Assembly: GCA_047947115.1 (NCBI GenBank)
Contig: CP170459.1
Location: 5,952,001-6,016,000, forward strand
Length of the DNA stretch: 64,000 bases
Source of the DNA: Verrucomicrobiota bacterium
GTDB lineage: Bacteria > Verrucomicrobiota > Verrucomicrobiia > Limisphaerales > AAA164-E04
Reading direction: 5' to 3'
In this document: piece by piece, positions 54,171 to 64,000 of the stretch
Numbering within the stretch: the first letter of the stretch is position 1
How the letters are laid out: the number at the start of each line of letters is the position of its first letter
Translations under genes and position numbers: made by a program
The notes under the pieces: generated by a model
Told to the model about the DNA's origin: nothing
Databases searched by the model: none
The model's input: only the letters and a program-made list of their open reading frames with translations

Positions 54171-55220
54171 ATGGCCGATATTAAATCACTAGCTCGACGG
54201 GGTTTTCTTTCGGGAGCACTTGTAACCGCAGGAGCAGCAGTAGGATGGATGTTCCGTAAATCTCAGAACCCACGACGTCCGGCACGGCAGAATCAAAGCC
54301 TCGACAAGAGTATTTTTGAGTATGACGTGAGCGAATACATGCAAACCGATCCGGATTTGCACATGTATGAAGCCGGGAAGGAATTCAAAGTGGACTTTGA
54401 GCGGGTCAAATCGGTGCTCATGACCGACGATGGCGCACTGATCGTGGCAGGCGACCGTAGCATTAAAGGAGTTGGCCGAGATGGAACGACCCAGTTCGAA
54501 CTCCCCCTCAGTCGTCCTCCCCACTGCATGGCCATCACGGAGCAGGGTCTCCTATGGGTTGGGTTGGGGCGATACTGTGAAGCTTACGATTTAAAAACGC
54601 TCGATAAGAGATTTAAAACCGACCAGTTGGGTGAAAAGTCTTACATCACCTCCATGCAGGCTTACGAGGACAGGGTTTATGTAGCGGACGCCGGACTTCG
54701 AGAAATGGTGGTATTGAAAGCTGAGTCGGGAGAGGAACTGTTTCGATTTGGTAAAAAGACGGAAACCAATCCCGGTTTCAATGTTCCAAGCCCTTACTTT
54801 GATTTTGTTATTGGCAGGGACTTGAAACTGCATATTTCCAATCCCGGACTCCTTCGTGTGGAGACCTACACACTGAATGGTACATTCGAAAGCAGCTGGG
54901 GCAAACCCGGCATGAAGGCGGATGCGTTTTGTGGATGCTGTAATCCGGTTTACCTAACACAACTCACCAACGGGGATTTTGTCACCAGTGAAAAAGGCCT
55001 GGCCAGACTGCATGTCTATTCCGAACAAGGGGAATTCAAAGGCGTGGTGGCTGATCCGAACCACATGATACCTGATGAAGCTCTAGCAAAGAAAGCTTGC
55101 GGGGATTGCACCAAAGGCCACGGTTTTGACCTTGCTTCGGATGAATCCGGCAATGTGTTCGTGCTCGACCCCATCCAACAGAGCATTCGGGTTTTTGAAC
55201 CCTCACCCAAATTGACTTAA
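54171..55220 (+). CDS. Tat-signal NHL-like beta-propeller protein with an FCGCCNP motif
   Basis: ARRGFL plus hydrophobic helix; VYVADAG, FVTSEKG and VFVLD blades; FCGCCNP and CGDC. Confidence 0.7.
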   Translation: MADIKSLARRGFLSGALVTAGAAVGWMFRKSQNPRRPARQNQSLDKSIFEYDVSEYMQTDPDLHMYEAGKEFKVDFERVKSVLMTDDGALIVAGDRSIKGVGRDGTTQFELPLSRPPHCMAITEQGLLWVGLGRYCEAYDLKTLDKRFKTDQLGEKSYITSMQAYEDRVYVADAGLREMVVLKAESGEELFRFGKKTETNPGFNVPSPYFDFVIGRDLKLHISNPGLLRVETYTLNGTFESSWGKPGMKADAFCGCCNPVYLTQLTNGDFVTSEKGLARLHVYSEQGEFKGVVADPNHMIPDEALAKKACGDCTKGHGFDLASDESGNVFVLDPIQQSIRVFEPSPKLT

Positions 55221-55250
55221 CCAAAACTAACCGCTTAAAAACCGAATAGT

Positions 55251-55508
55251 ATGAGCGAAAACCAATCAAAAGCAGAAAACAGTCTCCCAAGACGCCAGTG
55301 GATAGCCAAGGCGGCTCGATCGGTCATCGTGACCGCCATGGCTGCATTCGGCCTTGGACAGGTTTACAAAGCGAGAAAACTGGCAAACGACCCTAATTGC
55401 GTGCGGCTCTACACCTGCAATGACTGTATCGAGTATGGCGGCTGCGAACTGGATAAGGCGGTCGCATTCCGAAAGACGCAGGATAAGCCGGCATCAAACA
55501 ACAGCTGA
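55251..55508 (+). CDS. small Tat-like-leader protein with a four-Cys motif
   Basis: PRRQWI plus hydrophobic helix; C-x5-C-x2-C-x5-C (CVRLYTCNDCIEYGGC). Confidence 0.7.
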   Translation: MSENQSKAENSLPRRQWIAKAARSVIVTAMAAFGLGQVYKARKLANDPNCVRLYTCNDCIEYGGCELDKAVAFRKTQDKPASNNS

Positions 55509-55525
55509 ACACGAGCAAAGCGGGC

Positions 55526-56608
55526 TCAAGCCCAAGCGCTTCTCAGCACATTGAGAAAATTGCCGTGAAACACCGAACGGATTTGATCCACCGTGTATCC
55601 TCTTTCTGCAAGGATGCTTTCCAGATTTTGGAGATCAGCGATGGATTGCACGTCTCCAGGACATTGTTCCGTACCATATCCCCCGTCCAGATCTGATCCG
55701 ATGCCGACGTGGTTCGCATTACCTGCCAGCTGACAAATATGATCGACGTGATCAATGATGCGTTCGAGTTTTAAATCTACTGATTGAGGGGTGGTGACCC
55801 CTCTCTCCCACCCGACGTGCATCATCCAGGCGTCAAATACCATTCCGATCACTCCGTTTCGTTGAATGATAGCCTTGAGCTGCTCATCATTGAGTTGTCG
55901 CTGGTGAGGTATGATGGATCGACAGTTGCAATGACTTGCCCAAACCGCTCCGCTGAAGATGTCCATAGCTTCCCAAAACGCCTCATCGGACAAGTGGGTG
56001 AGGTCCAGAATCATCCCCAAGCGATCCATTTCGCGCAGCAGATCTTTGCCCGCCTGGCTCAGCCCCCCTTCTGCTCCAGTCCCGGGAGCATACGTTCCCG
56101 GGCCATAATGCCCCAACCCCAGGGCCCGTAGCCCAGACTCGTAGCTGCGCTCCAGATAGGACAAATTCACCATCGAATCAGCCCCTTCCAGGCTGAGAAT
56201 GTAACCGATCGGAAGTTGGTTATGACTACCGGAATCGACACTTGATGAAAACCATTTACCAAGATGTTTCTCCAATTGGTCTAGATCGGTAATCTGCACC
56301 AATTCTCCCTGTTCCTCCATGACTCGATACCAAGCCAGTTGGGCCTGGGTCTGAGCCCAAGCCTGCTCGGGAGAATGCCAACCCGAGAGTTTGCTGCCCG
56401 GCTTGACATAGCGCGCGATCTGTGTTGCTACGCACAAACCAATCTGGCCTCTGCGCATTTCCGGAAAGGTCAACACACCATTGCCTCGATCCGGCTTATC
56501 GGTCCAGGCCGATTCCCGCTCTCTAACAGCCTCAACAGGCTGGCGGAGGTCACGATTCCACTCCATGGCATTCATAGCCAAATCCAGATGAGCATCAAGA
56601 AGGAACAT
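55526..56608 (-). CDS. membrane dipeptidase family (peptidase M19) amidohydrolase
   Basis: DAHLD, LSLEGAD, LDLTHL, ASHCN, GIGSDLDG. Confidence 0.9.
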   Translation of the reverse strand: MFLLDAHLDLAMNAMEWNRDLRQPVEAVRERESAWTDKPDRGNGVLTFPEMRRGQIGLCVATQIARYVKPGSKLSGWHSPEQAWAQTQAQLAWYRVMEEQGELVQITDLDQLEKHLGKWFSSSVDSGSHNQLPIGYILSLEGADSMVNLSYLERSYESGLRALGLGHYGPGTYAPGTGAEGGLSQAGKDLLREMDRLGMILDLTHLSDEAFWEAMDIFSGAVWASHCNCRSIIPHQRQLNDEQLKAIIQRNGVIGMVFDAWMMHVGWERGVTTPQSVDLKLERIIDHVDHICQLAGNANHVGIGSDLDGGYGTEQCPGDVQSIADLQNLESILAERGYTVDQIRSVFHGNFLNVLRSAWA

Positions 56609-57231
56609 GCGCGTAAGTTCACTCAAGCAACTTGGAAAGGTCAATGCGAATGTGATTCGACCAAAAAAGTTTCAAATGAAAATTCATTTCTTGCCACCAT
56701 CATCCATGGAAAGGACATGAACAAAAACCTGACCCCAATCATCCATATCTGCATGGACTCAAAGCGGATCAACTTCAATTAGGTAAAGGTAAAATCGGAC
56801 TTGTCGACCGCTTCATTGTTTTCAACCGCTCCGGGCACCTGAACAGGAGACCAGCCGGCATCCCTGCCCCCCCTTCACTCACAGAGGCTTTGCCGTCCAG
56901 CAATGCGTTCACCTCGCCAGTATCGACCAGGCCGCTCCGATCGAACCATTGATCGATTTTTTCGCCGAAATGATCAGCAGCAGAATGCAAAAACATCAGA
57001 TCATCCTAAGAGGAAGCACCTGGGAGCTTGATGTTTGCAAGCAGGCATGCAAAAAACAAAAGGATTCTTGGCTCTCACAGTACGGTGACAGCTCGCAAAA
57101 ACCGGATTTTTAGATATGATCCTCCCTTTGTCATAGGTATGATTAACCGGAGGGGTGATAATCCGAAAAACAGTAGCCAACTATGAAAAAATTGAAAGAG
57201 AACTATCCTTGGGAGCTCAAAGGCACCATCA

Positions 57232-58419
57232 CTAGGGAAGCCTGCCAAATTTCTTGAGAAGTCCCATCACTTGATCAACAGGAAGTCGATACACGGTGTT
57301 GTGATTGATCCCGGTCATTGTTTCAGCAGCCACCAAGGCATTAATGACCGATTCCTCCACGGAATGAACAGTGGACTGAAAAAACGGATCCAATTGGTCA
57401 TTATCCAGCATACCAACCTGGCGCACACCATTTTGAGCTGCTCCTCCCAAAGGTGCAGTGGAAAATGCAAGGAACAAATCTCCACTGGAATTGGCTCCAA
57501 ACCCCCCGGTACGACCTATTCCCAATCCCGCACGGCGTGCCACTCGTTTCAGTTGATGTGGAAGTAAAGGCGCGTCGGTTGCAATGATGACGATGATGGA
57601 ATGACCGGACCCGATTGGTTCCAAACCGTTCATTACCATTTCACAGCCATCAATCAGATGCCCCAACCTCACTCCGCCAATTGTAAGATCTTCACGTTTC
57701 CCATAATTTGCCTGCACCAGTGTGCCAAGAGTATAGCCATTCTCCAGCACACGGGAAGATGTTCCGATGCCCGCCTTGAATCGGTGGCAGACCATCCCGG
57801 TCCCTCCCCCTACGTTCCCTTCGGTAACCGCCCCCCCCTTGGCGTCATTCAATGCCTGAAAAACGTGTTCCTGCCGAACATGATGCCCCTGAATATCATT
57901 CAACCGCCCATCCCAGGTTTCTGCAACCACCGGCAGAGACGCCCAACCAACCGCATCGTCGGCGTCGTGATATTTGGTCTTGCGCCGCCAAAATATACTG
58001 GCCTCATACACCGCCCCCACGCTGTGTGTGTTGGTCAGCAGAACAGGCTCCTCGAGAAGGCCAGACTCTTCGACCCAGGTCGTTCCGGTCATTTCACCGT
58101 TTCCATTCAAGGTTTCAAAAGCGGCGAACACAGGCTCGAAATGTTTGCCTCTTGGTAGAATGGCAGTCACCCCCGTCCGAACAGGTCCCTCTCCAATGAC
58201 CAATTCGCCATTCCCCATGATCAAGGTACAATGACCGACTTGCACACCTGCCACATCGGTGATGGCATTGAGTTGCCCGGGAGTTCCCTCAAAAGGGATG
58301 CCAAGGTCGCGGGCCCTATCCGCGGCAGTGGAAACCAGGCAAACCCCAGCAACCGCAACAGCAGAAAACCATCGCACATACCTACGCCAACCACGGATGT
58401 TTACCTTCATGAACTGCAT
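57232..58419 (-). CDS. DmpA-like aminopeptidase (P1/S58 family) with signal peptide
   Basis: NAITDVAGV, RTGVTAILP, NGNGEMTG, EGNVGGGTGM, SIIVIIATDAP, SSGDLFLAFST. Start approximate. Confidence 0.9.
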   Translation of the reverse strand: MQFMKVNIRGWRRYVRWFSAVAVAGVCLVSTAADRARDLGIPFEGTPGQLNAITDVAGVQVGHCTLIMGNGELVIGEGPVRTGVTAILPRGKHFEPVFAAFETLNGNGEMTGTTWVEESGLLEEPVLLTNTHSVGAVYEASIFWRRKTKYHDADDAVGWASLPVVAETWDGRLNDIQGHHVRQEHVFQALNDAKGGAVTEGNVGGGTGMVCHRFKAGIGTSSRVLENGYTLGTLVQANYGKREDLTIGGVRLGHLIDGCEMVMNGLEPIGSGHSIIVIIATDAPLLPHQLKRVARRAGLGIGRTGGFGANSSGDLFLAFSTAPLGGAAQNGVRQVGMLDNDQLDPFFQSTVHSVEESVINALVAAETMTGINHNTVYRLPVDQVMGLLKKFGRLP

Positions 58420-58525
58420 CCCTCCACTCTGCGAAGCCAGAAACGATTTGGCAAGAACGACAGACCGAGCCCTCAGAACTCGACCGACCTGTCTGATCCA
58501 TCGGACCCGAAAGCCCCCCGACCTG

Positions 58526-60013
58526 TCAAACACCACTCAAAGAATCACGCAGGTCCTTCTTGAGAATCTTGCCGGTTGCATTGCGTGGAAGCGCATCCAT
58601 GAAGTGGATGTGACGCGGCACTTTGAACGAAGCCAACTCTGATTTCAGGAAGTTGATCAGAGCGCTTTTATCCGGTTCATGCTCTTCATCCAGAGCAACA
58701 AACGCCACGGGTTGCTCACCTTTCCTTTCATCCTTCAATCCAACCACCGCCGCTTCCTTAACCCCTTCAAACCGGTAAATCAACTCTTCGATTTCTCTCG
58801 GGTAAACATTGATACCATTGACCAGAAGCATGTCCTTCTTGCGATCCGTGATAAACAAGTAGCCATCCTCGTCTGCATATCCCATATCACCTGTTTTCAA
58901 CCAGTTATCCTGCAAAGTTTCCCCAGTGGCATCCGGGCGATTCCAATACCCCATCATCACATTGCCACCTTTCACCCAAAGCTCGCCCGATTCACCAGCA
59001 GGCAAGGGATTGCCATCGTTATCCATGATCGCGACGGAAACGTCGTGCACGGGCAACCCGATTGATCCGGCTTTCCAGGGACCGTCCACCGGGTTCAACG
59101 TCACCACCGGACTGGCTTCACTTAATCCGTATCCTTCGATGAGAGGCACGTTGGACTTGGCATTAAAGCGGTTCAGGACTTCCACCGGCAGGGGCGCCGC
59201 CCCGCTGATACAAAGCCGCAAAGGCAGTTTCGGAAGATCCGCAGACGCAAAGGCCCGATACAACTGCGGAATGGCAGGCATCAAGGTAGCCTCGTGAGTG
59301 ATGATTTCCTTGAGAATATTTTTGGGAGGATTGAGGGACTTGATCAACACGATGGATCCCCCCACCGTCATCGGCAGCAGAATACCGACCGTCATCATGA
59401 AACTGTGAAACATAGGCAAAAGCAACGCCACTCGATCAAGCTCGGTCACCTTCATGGTCACCTCGCAGCTACCGACATTGTGCAGCAGGTTCCCATGGCT
59501 CAACATGGCCCCCTTGGGGCGACCGGTGGTCCCGCTGGTATAAATAATCACGGCCAGATCCTGCTCCTCACTTACATGATCCTCCTCGACGGCCCGCTCC
59601 ACGGAAACCTCACACGTGCCAAGTGAATCCGCCTGAAGGAGCTTGAGGGGGCTGAGATTGGATTGAATCTTTTCCGCAGATGCTCTCAAGGTTTCATCCA
59701 CAAACAGTGCCTTCACTCCGGCGTCTTCCAAAATGTATTGAGTCTCGGAAGATGTCAGAAAATTATTGATAGGCACCACCACCCCGCCGGCTCGCAGGAT
59801 ACCAAACAGAATGGCCACGAACTCGGGGGCGTTTTTCATCCAAATCGCCACCCGATCCCCCGGTTGAACCCCCAGGTCGTGCAACAATTGATGGCGCACA
59901 AACTCGGACTGCCGGAACAGATTTTCGTAAGGTATTTGAGATTCTCCCCAGTAGATCGCAGGCTTCTGCGGGTGTTTGTCGACAGAAGCAACAAAAGCAT
60001 TTGCCAAATTCAT
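58526..60013 (-). CDS. long-chain fatty-acid--CoA ligase
   Basis: YTSGTTGRPKG, EGYGLSE, TGD, DRKKD, PRNATGKI. Confidence 0.92.
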   Translation of the reverse strand: MNLANAFVASVDKHPQKPAIYWGESQIPYENLFRQSEFVRHQLLHDLGVQPGDRVAIWMKNAPEFVAILFGILRAGGVVVPINNFLTSSETQYILEDAGVKALFVDETLRASAEKIQSNLSPLKLLQADSLGTCEVSVERAVEEDHVSEEQDLAVIIYTSGTTGRPKGAMLSHGNLLHNVGSCEVTMKVTELDRVALLLPMFHSFMMTVGILLPMTVGGSIVLIKSLNPPKNILKEIITHEATLMPAIPQLYRAFASADLPKLPLRLCISGAAPLPVEVLNRFNAKSNVPLIEGYGLSEASPVVTLNPVDGPWKAGSIGLPVHDVSVAIMDNDGNPLPAGESGELWVKGGNVMMGYWNRPDATGETLQDNWLKTGDMGYADEDGYLFITDRKKDMLLVNGINVYPREIEELIYRFEGVKEAAVVGLKDERKGEQPVAFVALDEEHEPDKSALINFLKSELASFKVPRHIHFMDALPRNATGKILKKDLRDSLSGV

Positions 60014-60131
60014 GGGCCTGATTGTGCGATCAAGCTGGAAGGCCGCCAAGTCATTTTGCTTTGCAAAACATAGCGACAAGCACTTAAAAAAGAGTCAGCC
60101 GGGGACAACACAACCTTTTGCCCGACATAAA

Positions 60132-61220
60132 ATGATGAAAAGCGCGACGGACGAAAACATATTGATCGATCAAAATCAATCTCTTAAAGAGGTCGTGCGC
60201 GCGGTCACACGAGTCGACGAAGTGGCCATCGACACCGAAGCGGACAGCATGCACGCCTATCCGGAAAAAGTCTGCCTGCTTCAAATACGGTGCGGAGACT
60301 CCAGTTGGCTGGTCGATCCGCTTGCAGATATCGACTGTTCCCCCCTGCTGGAAGCTCTCAAGAACAAACCCCTTATTTTTCACGCCGCAGACTACGATCT
60401 TCGACTTCTTTACAAACGTTATGGATTTCGCCCCACACGGGTATTCGACACGATGTGGGCGGCTCGACTGGTCGGACATGAACGATTCGGGTTGGAGTTT
60501 CTGGTCAAGCACTACTTCGACATCCAACTCGAAAAAGGCCCCCAAACCGCCAACTGGGGCATGCGCCCCCTGACGCCCGCCATGGCTCATTATGCGCTGA
60601 ACGACGTGCTTCATCTCAAACCTCTGGCTGAATTGCTGCGCAAGGAATTGACTGAACTCAAGCGTCTGTCGTGGGTGGAGGAAATCTCTGAACGCGTGAT
60701 CGAGCAGGCCTGTCTCCCCGAAGAAGATGTCACCGACACTGAATGGCGGATCAAAGGGGCTTCCAAGCTGAGCAGGCGAGGTTTGGCTTTTCTAAAAGCC
60801 ATCTGGAAATGGCGGGAAACGGAAGCGATCCGCGCAAACCGCCCCCCGTTCTTCATCCTGTCACATGATCTGGCCGCCACGATAGCCGCCCGGGCGGCTG
60901 CCGATGAAAACTGGATAAACCTGATCCCCCGGCGCATGGCCGCCAGAAGACGCCGCCAACTGGAAAAGGCCATGAAAGAAGCTTCCCAAATCAAGCCGAA
61001 CGATTTTCCTCAACGGCTTCAAAAGCCACGGTTTAAAGCCTCCGACAGGGAAAAAAACCGGACCGAAGCGATCAAAAAAGTCAGAGATACGGCAGCCGAA
61101 GCGCTGAAACTCGATCCATCCATCATCGCCAGCAAAGCCACTATGATCCGACTGGGATTGGATGATTCCGATGCAGGTTCCGAGTTGATGCAGTGGCAGC
61201 GGGACGTGCTGAAGCTTTGA
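60132..61220 (+). CDS. rnd: ribonuclease D (DEDDy exonuclease with HRDC)
   Basis: AIDTEAD, FHAADYD, FDT, YALND; HRDC-like WRE..A...NRPPF. Confidence 0.88.
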   Translation: MMKSATDENILIDQNQSLKEVVRAVTRVDEVAIDTEADSMHAYPEKVCLLQIRCGDSSWLVDPLADIDCSPLLEALKNKPLIFHAADYDLRLLYKRYGFRPTRVFDTMWAARLVGHERFGLEFLVKHYFDIQLEKGPQTANWGMRPLTPAMAHYALNDVLHLKPLAELLRKELTELKRLSWVEEISERVIEQACLPEEDVTDTEWRIKGASKLSRRGLAFLKAIWKWRETEAIRANRPPFFILSHDLAATIAARAAADENWINLIPRRMAARRRRQLEKAMKEASQIKPNDFPQRLQKPRFKASDREKNRTEAIKKVRDTAAEALKLDPSIIASKATMIRLGLDDSDAGSELMQWQRDVLKL

Positions 61221-61224
61221 TCCC

Positions 61225-62469
61225 TCAGAGCTCCATCCGCTGATACGCAAACCCCTTGAGATATTCGGACTCAGGAATCGTCGGGACAATCGGATGATCC
61301 ACCGGTTGACCGTAGGTCTCCACTCGACGCAGGACACATCGATTGTCGGAAGCCGCACTGAGAACCGTCCCCTCAAACGTCAGGGCGTCGATGTGATGGG
61401 AGCAGCAAAATGTCACCAATACTCCATCCGGCTTCAACAACCGCATGGCTCTTAAATGGATTTCCTTGTATCCCCTCAAAGCATCCGGAATAGAGGAGCG
61501 GTTGCGGGTAAAGGAAGGAGGATCCAGAATGATCAAATCGAACAAGGCCGCTTGTTCACCTTCATCGGAGCGCGACGTCTGCTGCTTGAGCCAATCAAAC
61601 ACGTTCCCGTGCACCCATTCGCATTTGTCGGCCAGACCATTCCTTTCTGCGCTGGCTGCAGCGGTTTGAAGGGCCTCTTCACTTTGATCTATGGCGATCA
61701 CCGACGATGCCCCCTCTTTAGCACAATGTAATGCAAAGCCGCCCATGAACGTAAAGCAATCCAGCACTCTGGGTGCATCCATCCGCGCCGCCAGATCGGC
61801 CACGCGCTGGTAATTCTCGTATTGATCCAGATAGACCGCCGTCTTGTGCCCCTGCTCCACATCTATTTCCCAGGACAAGGTGTTCATTTCCACACCTACC
61901 TTGGACCCCACGTCGGAGCCCTCCTTGGAATACAAGACAGAATGACGTTCGGGGAGCCCTTCCATCTTTCTTCCCGTCGAGTTGTTTCGCTCAAGAATGG
62001 CGAGAGGATCCACCACTTCTCTCAATGCTTCCACGATCATGTCCAGGCGTTGATCCATCCCGAAGGATGAAGTCTGCACCACCAGAACGTCCCCATACCG
62101 GTCCACAACCAATCCGCTCAAACCGTCGCTCTCTGAATTGACCAGGCGGTAGCAAGCTCTGCTTCCGAGATGTCGTTGCCGCCAATCCAGAGCTGTCTGA
62201 ATACGCTGCCGAAAAAATTCGGTATCCACACTGACTTTGGATCTGGAAATAAGCCGCACCTGCAGTTTGGATCCCGAGTGGTAAAATCCCAGGCCAAGAA
62301 ACCGCCTTCGATGATCCCTGACCTGAACCACGGCGCCATCGGAGGGATCATGGGTGATTTTGGAAATGTTCCGTGAGTAAATCCAGGGGTGGCCGGCCTG
62401 AATGCGATCTGCTTCACCATGACGCAAATGCACGGTGGGCCACGTCCTTTCGGAGGAATTTTGATTCAT
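61225..62469 (-). CDS. class I SAM-dependent rRNA methyltransferase (RlmI-like, PUA domain)
   Basis: GHPWIY, SESDGLSGLVVDRY, GHKT, LDCF, LDPPSF, YLKG. Confidence 0.9.
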   Translation of the reverse strand: MNQNSSERTWPTVHLRHGEADRIQAGHPWIYSRNISKITHDPSDGAVVQVRDHRRRFLGLGFYHSGSKLQVRLISRSKVSVDTEFFRQRIQTALDWRQRHLGSRACYRLVNSESDGLSGLVVDRYGDVLVVQTSSFGMDQRLDMIVEALREVVDPLAILERNNSTGRKMEGLPERHSVLYSKEGSDVGSKVGVEMNTLSWEIDVEQGHKTAVYLDQYENYQRVADLAARMDAPRVLDCFTFMGGFALHCAKEGASSVIAIDQSEEALQTAAASAERNGLADKCEWVHGNVFDWLKQQTSRSDEGEQAALFDLIILDPPSFTRNRSSIPDALRGYKEIHLRAMRLLKPDGVLVTFCCSHHIDALTFEGTVLSAASDNRCVLRRVETYGQPVDHPIVPTIPESEYLKGFAYQRMEL

Positions 62470-62501
62470 TGAATGATGTGTCTAAGGAGTCCGGGACCGG
62501 A

Positions 62502-63935
62502 TTATCCTTGGAGAATCTTTTTACAGGCGCTCTTAAGTGTTTTAAGTCCTTTTTCGGATTTTGCCTCAATGTAGCAACGGATCAGCGGCTCCGTGCCGCT
62601 GGCACGAAACGCCACCCATTCCTGACCGGGCAAAAGGAATTTGTATCCGTCGGTCTTGATGAATTGAGTCACTTTTTGACGGCCAATCTTGTCCAAACCC
62701 TGGGACAGACGTTCCAGCAAAGCTTCCTTCTTATCGGCGGGCACGCGCACGTTGATACGGTCGGTAAAGTACGGTCCGGTGACCTTTTCAATGTCTTTCA
62801 GCACCTCACCCAAGGGCTTGTTTTCACAAGCGTAAAGTTCGGCCATCAGAAGACAGGCGACCACACCGTCCTTTTCAGGAACGTGTCCTTTGACACTCAG
62901 ACCACCGGATTCTTCCCCGCCAACAATAACGGCTTCGGACTCCATCAAAGCGCCGATATGTTTAAAGCCAGTGGGTGTTTCATGCACTTTAACCGCAAAC
63001 ATGGCGGCCACATCATCCACCTGATGACTGGTGGGAACGGTGCGGACAACGGATCCGGTCCATTTACGGTTCTTGGCCAAATGGTAAAGAGCCAGAGCCA
63101 GAATCTGGTTGGGGGTCAGCCAGGTTCCGTCCTGGTCGACGATGCCAAAACGATCCGCGTCGCCATCCAAACCAAGTCCGAGCTGCGCATTGCCCGACAA
63201 AACACATGCCCGAGCGTCCTCCATGCCCTCTTCATTCGGTTCGGGATGACGCCCTTCAAAACCGGGGTTCAAATAATCGTGGAACAAGGTGACCTCGGCG
63301 TTGGCTTCCTTCAGCAATGCGTCGAGGTAACCGCGCCCTGTCCCATACATACATTCCACCGCGATCTTCAATTTGGCGCGTTTGAGTTTTTTAAAATCAA
63401 TGATCTTGCGCACCTGGTCGAAATAATCGGCGCGCGGATCGATGGTTTTGCACTTGAAGGTGTCAGCGTCTTTGAAATCCCAGGTCCACCCCTTTTTCTG
63501 CAGCTTGACGATGTTTTTTTCGATCTTGGACGTCACATCCTGAGGGGCGGGCGCTCCACGGTGGGTTGAAAATTTGAGTCCCTGATATTCGGCCGGATTA
63601 TGGCTGGCGGTCATATTGATGCCACCAATAGCCTTTTTGTGGCGAATGGTATGGGCGATGACAGGTGTTGGAGTATCGCGGTCACACAGAAGCGACGTGA
63701 TGCCGTTCCTGGCAAGCACCTGTCCCACCGTGGTCGCAAAATCAGGCCCCATGAATCGGGCGTCATGCCCCAGAATGACCACAGGCTTACGCCCCTTGAT
63801 CTCGGATTTTTTGCGCTTAAGCTCGCTTTTCAGGTAATCGGCGATGGCCTGAGCCACGAGGACAACGTTTGCGTAGGTAAAATCGCGGGCAATAATGCCG
63901 CGCCATCCGGATGTGCCGAATTTAATGGTGTCCAT
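62502..63935 (-). CDS. phosphoglucomutase/phosphomannomutase
   Basis: FGTSGWRG, TASHNP, DGDADR, GEESGG, RASGTEP. Confidence 0.95.
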   Translation of the reverse strand: MDTIKFGTSGWRGIIARDFTYANVVLVAQAIADYLKSELKRKKSEIKGRKPVVILGHDARFMGPDFATTVGQVLARNGITSLLCDRDTPTPVIAHTIRHKKAIGGINMTASHNPAEYQGLKFSTHRGAPAPQDVTSKIEKNIVKLQKKGWTWDFKDADTFKCKTIDPRADYFDQVRKIIDFKKLKRAKLKIAVECMYGTGRGYLDALLKEANAEVTLFHDYLNPGFEGRHPEPNEEGMEDARACVLSGNAQLGLGLDGDADRFGIVDQDGTWLTPNQILALALYHLAKNRKWTGSVVRTVPTSHQVDDVAAMFAVKVHETPTGFKHIGALMESEAVIVGGEESGGLSVKGHVPEKDGVVACLLMAELYACENKPLGEVLKDIEKVTGPYFTDRINVRVPADKKEALLERLSQGLDKIGRQKVTQFIKTDGYKFLLPGQEWVAFRASGTEPLIRCYIEAKSEKGLKTLKSACKKILQG

Positions 63936-64000
63936 GGATGAACAGTTGGAATAAGTTGAGATCAACTCTTCCAGTCAAAGGCCTTCTTCTTGATTTCGTA

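Noticed and set aside
56775..56996. 73-aa minus-strand ORF
   Set aside because: No motif or clear ribosome-binding site; not supportable as a gene.
62373..63569. 398-aa plus-strand ORF (also 27237-28184, 24580-25278, 29046-29810, 48018-48698)
   Set aside because: Antisense shadows of well-supported genes, with no recognisable motifs.

Overview
Chromosomal window of a Verrucomicrobiota bacterium. The 16S carries the EUB338-III target GCTGCCACCCGTAGGTGT, the spacer order is 16S-tRNA-Ala-tRNA-Ile-23S-5S, and PVC-type DUF1501/DUF1553/sulfatase genes are present. Left to right it holds: a glucosylglycerate synthesis pair behind a sigma54-type promoter; a sugar ABC operon with an atypical AroE paralogue and a DUF4432-like protein; an M13 peptidase; asnS; a tandem REP-doublet array interrupted by an IS4-family element; a DEAD-box helicase; a FecR-TPR-beta-barrel protein next to a CHASE2 adenylate cyclase; sulfatase/DUF1553/DUF1501 genes; an NhaC transporter with a Cys/Met PLP enzyme; a DUF3142 pair; a complete rRNA operon; a redox cluster; and housekeeping genes. 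The best candidate for an undescribed system is the 8-gene cluster at 44743-55508. It combines a HydC-HydB-like (NuoE-NuoF) fusion with electron-bifurcation-type motifs, a NuoG/GltD-like subunit lacking a recognisable catalytic domain, a membrane Fe-S protein, a probably exported ferredoxin, two membrane-anchored beta-propellers and two divergently transcribed Tat-type Cys-motif proteins. All assignments come from motif recognition by eye; no database searches were run.
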